Shown here: positions 51,978 to 54,985 of the stretch, in pieces
Layout of the letters: each line of letters starts with the position of its first letter
How positions within the stretch are numbered: position 1 is the stretch's first letter
DNA from: Candidatus Jorgensenbacteria bacterium
GTDB taxonomy: Bacteria > Patescibacteriota > Minisyncoccia > UBA6257 > GWB1-50-10
Reading direction: 5' to 3'
DNA length: 54,985 bases
Assembly: GCA_030648515.1 (NCBI GenBank)
Contig: JAUSHK010000004.1
Span: forward strand, 1 to 54,985
The notes under the pieces: generated by a model
The model's database searches: none
Told to the model about the DNA's origin: nothing
Seen by the model: only the letters and a program-made list of their open reading frames with translations
Translations under genes and position numbers: made by a program

Positions 51978-52187
51978 ATGGCACTAGAAGTAAAAAAACG
52001 GGAAGGGGAGACGCTCGCTGCATTTTTATACAGGTTCAATAAAAGAATCAAAAACAGCGGTCTCATAAAAGAGGCGCGAAAGCGGCAGACGAGAAAGCGC
52101 AGCCCGAACAAACGCGTGCGCAGAGCCTCCGCAATTTATCGCCTTAATAAAGAGGCAGAAATTTCCCGCACAAAAAAGTACGGGTAA
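51978..52187 (+). CDS. rpsU: 30S ribosomal protein S21
   Basis: Short basic protein. EVKKREGETLAAFLYRFNKRIKNSGLIKEARKR matches the S21 pattern. Confidence 0.9.
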   Translation: MALEVKKREGETLAAFLYRFNKRIKNSGLIKEARKRQTRKRSPNKRVRRASAIYRLNKEAEISRTKKYG

Positions 52188-52191
52188 GCCC

Positions 52192-52653
52192 ATGGCACTC
52201 GTTGAACAAATAAAACGCGATTTCGAAACGGCTTTTAAAGCGAGAGAAACAGTGAAGATGGAAACGCTGCGGCTTTTGCGTTCCGCGTTCCACAATCGGG
52301 AAATTGAAAAGCGCGGGAAGGGAAGCGAACCGGTTTTGACCGAGGAGGAGGCGCTTGAGGTTCTGCGGCGCGAAGCGAAAAAGCGGAAAGAGGCGAGCGA
52401 GATGTTTTTAAACGGCGGGCGGAAGGAGCTCGCGGAAAAAGAGCTTAAAGAACTCGCGGTGCTTGAGGCGTATCTTCCGGCGCAGATAACCGAGGCCGAT
52501 CTCCGACGCATGGTTGATGAGGCGCTAAAGAATTTTCCCGGCGCAACGCAGAAAGACGTGGGCAAACTTATGGGGTTTGTTATGAAACAGGCGAAAGGAA
52601 ACGCCGACGGAGCGCTTGTCGGCCGCATCATCCAAGAAAAGCTCGCGCAATGA
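52192..52653 (+). CDS. GatB/YqeY-domain protein
   Basis: IKRDFETAFKARETVKMETLRLLRSAFHNREIEK and KELAVLEAYLP. Confidence 0.85.
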   Translation: MALVEQIKRDFETAFKARETVKMETLRLLRSAFHNREIEKRGKGSEPVLTEEEALEVLRREAKKRKEASEMFLNGGRKELAEKELKELAVLEAYLPAQITEADLRRMVDEALKNFPGATQKDVGKLMGFVMKQAKGNADGALVGRIIQEKLAQ

Positions 52654-53075
52654 CATCGGTTCGCATAGACAGTTCAAAAAAGCAGTTTGCTCCGCTTGTC
52701 CCATGTGTACAGCGCGCCGCAGAAGCGGCGCTTTCCGCGCTTCGGCTCAAAGATTCCGTTCTTGACGTGCACCTTATGAGCCGTGCCATGATGCGGAAGC
52801 TGAACCGCGAGACGCGCGGCAAGGATGAACCCACGAATGTCTTAAGTTTTGAGGGTGAGGCGTTCGTTCGCGGGGACGCACCCAACAAAAAATACCTTGG
52901 GGAGGTGTTTCTCGCCCCCGAAGTCATCAAAGAGCGCGGGGAGGAGATTCAGTACCTTGTTATCCACGGGATTTTGCATTGCGCGGGGTATACTCACGCA
53001 GCCTCGCGTGATAGTATAAAGATGGAAAAAAAAGAACGCGAGATTTTGAGGCATGAACATAATCACCGGACTTGA
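52650..53075 (+). CDS. ybeY: rRNA maturation endoribonuclease YbeY
   Basis: HGILHCAGYTH Zn-binding H-x3-H-x5-H motif. Confidence 0.85.
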   Translation: MTSVRIDSSKKQFAPLVPCVQRAAEAALSALRLKDSVLDVHLMSRAMMRKLNRETRGKDEPTNVLSFEGEAFVRGDAPNKKYLGEVFLAPEVIKERGEEIQYLVIHGILHCAGYTHAASRDSIKMEKKEREILRHEHNHRT

Positions 53076-54270
53076 TGTTGGATCATCATATATAAAAGGC
53101 ATCGTTGCTGAAGTAAAAAAGAACGGAACTCCGTCCGTTATTACTGTTTTTAAATATCCGTCCGCGGGATTTCGCAAAGGCGCGCTCGTTGACGCGGAGG
53201 CGGCGACCGCCGTGCTCACGGATATCGGGCGCGACATTGAAAAAATTTCCCGATACGCGGTGCGGAATGTGTTTGTAAATATTAATAGCGAGCACATCAA
53301 GTCGCATCCATCGCGCGGCATCGTTGCGGTGTCGCGTTCCGATTTTGAAATTCAGCAGGACGACATTGATCGCGTGACGCAGGCGTCGCAGGCGATGAAA
53401 ATGCTTCCGAACCGCCTCATGCTCCACAACATCACGCGCGAATATTTTGTGGACGATGTTGGCGATATTACGGACCCCGTCGGCATGACAGGGAGCCGGC
53501 TTGAAGTAAGCACGCTTGTCGTCGAGGGGTTTTCGCCGCAGGTTTCCATATTAACCAAACAGCTCGAACGCGCCGGCATGCTCGCATGCGGCATTATTTT
53601 TAATCCGCTCGCGGCGGCGCGCGCCGTGCTCTCAAAGCGCCAGAAAGAGCTCGGCGTTATTCTTATTGACTTCGGGTCGGACACGACGTCGTTTGCCGTA
53701 TATCAGGAAAATAAAATCGTCCAGACGAAAAGTTTGCCTATCGGTTCGGGATACGTGACGAAAGACATCGCAATCGGGCTTCAGACGTCAATTGATATTG
53801 CCGAACAGCTCAAGGTGGAATGCGGATACGCGGCGTCGCGCGACATTCCGCGGCACGACCTTGTGAAACTCGCGCATCTTGACCCGGAAAATAAAGAGCG
53901 GGTTACAAAGAAATTTCTTTCGGAAATCATTGAAGGGCGGCTCGCGGAGATATTGGATGTTGTTAGTAATGAGATAAAATCACTTGGCCGTACGGTACAG
54001 CTTCCCGGCGGTGCCGTGATTACCGGTGGCGGCGTAAAGCTTTCGGGCATGACGGAGCTCGTGCGGAGCAGTTTGAAGCTTGCAACGCAAATCGGCGTTC
54101 CCGACGTGAGCTCGTTTGAAGTTGTAAATCCCACACACCAGAGCCTTCTTGCGGACCCCGAATTTTCAACAGCGGTTGGGCTCGTGATGTGGGGGATGAC
54201 TGGCGAGCGCAAGCCGACGCACGACACAAGCGCACTCATCAGGAACATCTTTAAGAACTTGATGCCGTAG
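53053..54270 (+). CDS. ftsA: Cell division protein FtsA
   Basis: GLDVGSSYIKGIV, VILIDFGSDTTSFAVY and ITGGGVKLSGM. Confidence 0.9.
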   Translation: MNIITGLDVGSSYIKGIVAEVKKNGTPSVITVFKYPSAGFRKGALVDAEAATAVLTDIGRDIEKISRYAVRNVFVNINSEHIKSHPSRGIVAVSRSDFEIQQDDIDRVTQASQAMKMLPNRLMLHNITREYFVDDVGDITDPVGMTGSRLEVSTLVVEGFSPQVSILTKQLERAGMLACGIIFNPLAAARAVLSKRQKELGVILIDFGSDTTSFAVYQENKIVQTKSLPIGSGYVTKDIAIGLQTSIDIAEQLKVECGYAASRDIPRHDLVKLAHLDPENKERVTKKFLSEIIEGRLAEILDVVSNEIKSLGRTVQLPGGAVITGGGVKLSGMTELVRSSLKLATQIGVPDVSSFEVVNPTHQSLLADPEFSTAVGLVMWGMTGERKPTHDTSALIRNIFKNLMP

Positions 54271-54280
54271 TGTTGTAAGA

Positions 54281-54322
54281 GGGGGTCGTAATCGGTCTCT
54301 TTTTGTTTTTTGACGGCATTAA
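54281..54322 (+). terminator. Possible terminator (G-U-rich stem)
   Basis: gggggtcg-taat-cggtctct followed by ttttgtttttt. Four of the 8 pairs are wobble pairs. Confidence 0.3.
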
Positions 54323-54342
54323 GACAAGCTTGGTTGGGGTAC

Positions 54343-54371
54343 TTGACAAAATAGACGCGTTTCTCTATCAT
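54343..54371 (+). promoter_or_regulatory. Sigma70-like promoter for 54468..54929
   Basis: TTGACA-17 nt-TATCAT. Confidence 0.5.
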
Positions 54372-54467
54372 TCTGCCCAGTTGTGAGCTGGGTAAATTTA
54401 TAGAAAACGCGCTCGCATTGACATAACACAACAAATACACAAGTTCATTTAAAGGGAGGAATGCAGG

Positions 54468-54929
54468 ATGAAATTATTACGCAAGTTACTCGCAGATGTA
54501 GACGCCGTCACAGACGAGATGATTAAGAGTCAGGAGCCTGAGGAAGAAATTCAAGATGGTGCGAAGATTATTGGCCCACTTTCTCTTGATTTACAAAAGC
54601 TTTTTACCCTTCGCGGCTTACTGGCTGATAAGCTTACTGAGACGGTAGGGGTGCACCTAAGAGAGCATCTCGATCCCAAACATACCAGTGAAATGTGTAA
54701 AGATTTCGCGGCTTCAGTTGCTTTACTCGAAGAGGAGATCGATTTTGCCGGAAAAGTGCTTTTGCGAGAGCTTTATGGCGAATTTAAAACCTCGACTGGT
54801 GTGGAAATTACAAAGGGATGGAATGTGGTCGCGCCGCCGGAAAAGAAAAAATTCGGCATTGAAGTGATTGGTATTGAAATAGGTGGTCCGTATTCATTTT
54901 CAGAGTTTCTGCGGGGCATTCGAGCATAA
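54468..54929 (+). CDS. Hypothetical acidic cytoplasmic protein
   Basis: GGGAGG SD 8 nt before the ATG. No recognisable motif. Confidence 0.55.
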   Translation: MKLLRKLLADVDAVTDEMIKSQEPEEEIQDGAKIIGPLSLDLQKLFTLRGLLADKLTETVGVHLREHLDPKHTSEMCKDFAASVALLEEEIDFAGKVLLRELYGEFKTSTGVEITKGWNVVAPPEKKKFGIEVIGIEIGGPYSFSEFLRGIRA

Positions 54930-54985
54930 GGTGAATGTTAACAGCAGGAAAGCGGGAGTTATTAAAAAACGCGGCGGGACGGTTT

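Noticed and set aside
1-54985. Alternative genetic code (UGA recoding, as in some candidate phyla)
   Set aside because: TGA serves as an ordinary stop at many tight junctions, such as the ATGA overlaps at 5895, 30416 and 37050. All recognised families are full length with code 11.
1-54985. CRISPR arrays, tRNA/rRNA genes, IS elements, integrases, prophage genes
   Set aside because: By-eye inspection of all intergenic gaps found no regularly spaced repeats, cloverleaf-like sequences, transposase or integrase motifs. The only repeats are the short coding tandem repeats reported above. A scan with tRNAscan or Infernal would be needed to exclude small RNAs.

Overview
The window is about 45% GC and uses the standard genetic code. 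No rRNA, tRNA, CRISPR array, transposase or integrase was recognised. About 46 kb (816-44399) is one very large surface-glycan locus, transcribed mostly on the + strand. It starts with two secreted repeat or Thr/Pro-rich proteins and a Wzy_C (O-antigen-ligase-like) membrane protein. It then carries about 10 glycosyltransferases (GT4, GT2, CgeB-like), a NodB deacetylase and four methyltransferases (2 FkbM, 2 class I). It ends with a convergent Wzx-type flippase and a polyprenyl-phosphate sugar transferase. Several nucleotide-sugar pathways are embedded in the locus. (i) A 4,6-dehydratase, a ColD/RfbH-type 3-dehydratase, a split transketolase, a GDP-mannose-3,5-epimerase-like SDR, an RGP/GT75-like protein and a cytidylyltransferase-fold enzyme. 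(ii) Heptose-type genes: GmhB, a HddA-like GHMP kinase, a HddC-like nucleotidyltransferase and an HldC-like enzyme. (iii) A full UDP-L-FucNAc route (CapE/FnlA, CapF split into two genes, a 2-epimerase, a WbuB-like GT). Four compact divergently transcribed modules interrupt the + strand array. Each has its own sigma70-like promoters and most are bracketed by hairpin terminators. They are: a degenerate Nudix protein with a Zn-ribbon protein; a Nudix hydrolase with GmhB; two tandem P-loop kinases with an HD protein; and two DUF218-like paralogs. These modules, plus several enzymes whose catalytic residues look substituted (GME-like, UGDH-like, HisRS-like), are the most interesting parts. The last 10 kb is housekeeping: DsbA, an unlisted SPW-type small ORF, TrxB-like, PilM-like, pth, lepB, a hisS-like gene, HIT, rpsU, yqeY, ybeY and ftsA. 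The gene content is compatible with an uncultured, possibly Patescibacteria-type, bacterium, but this window cannot prove that. All homology statements come from by-eye motif recognition, not database searches.
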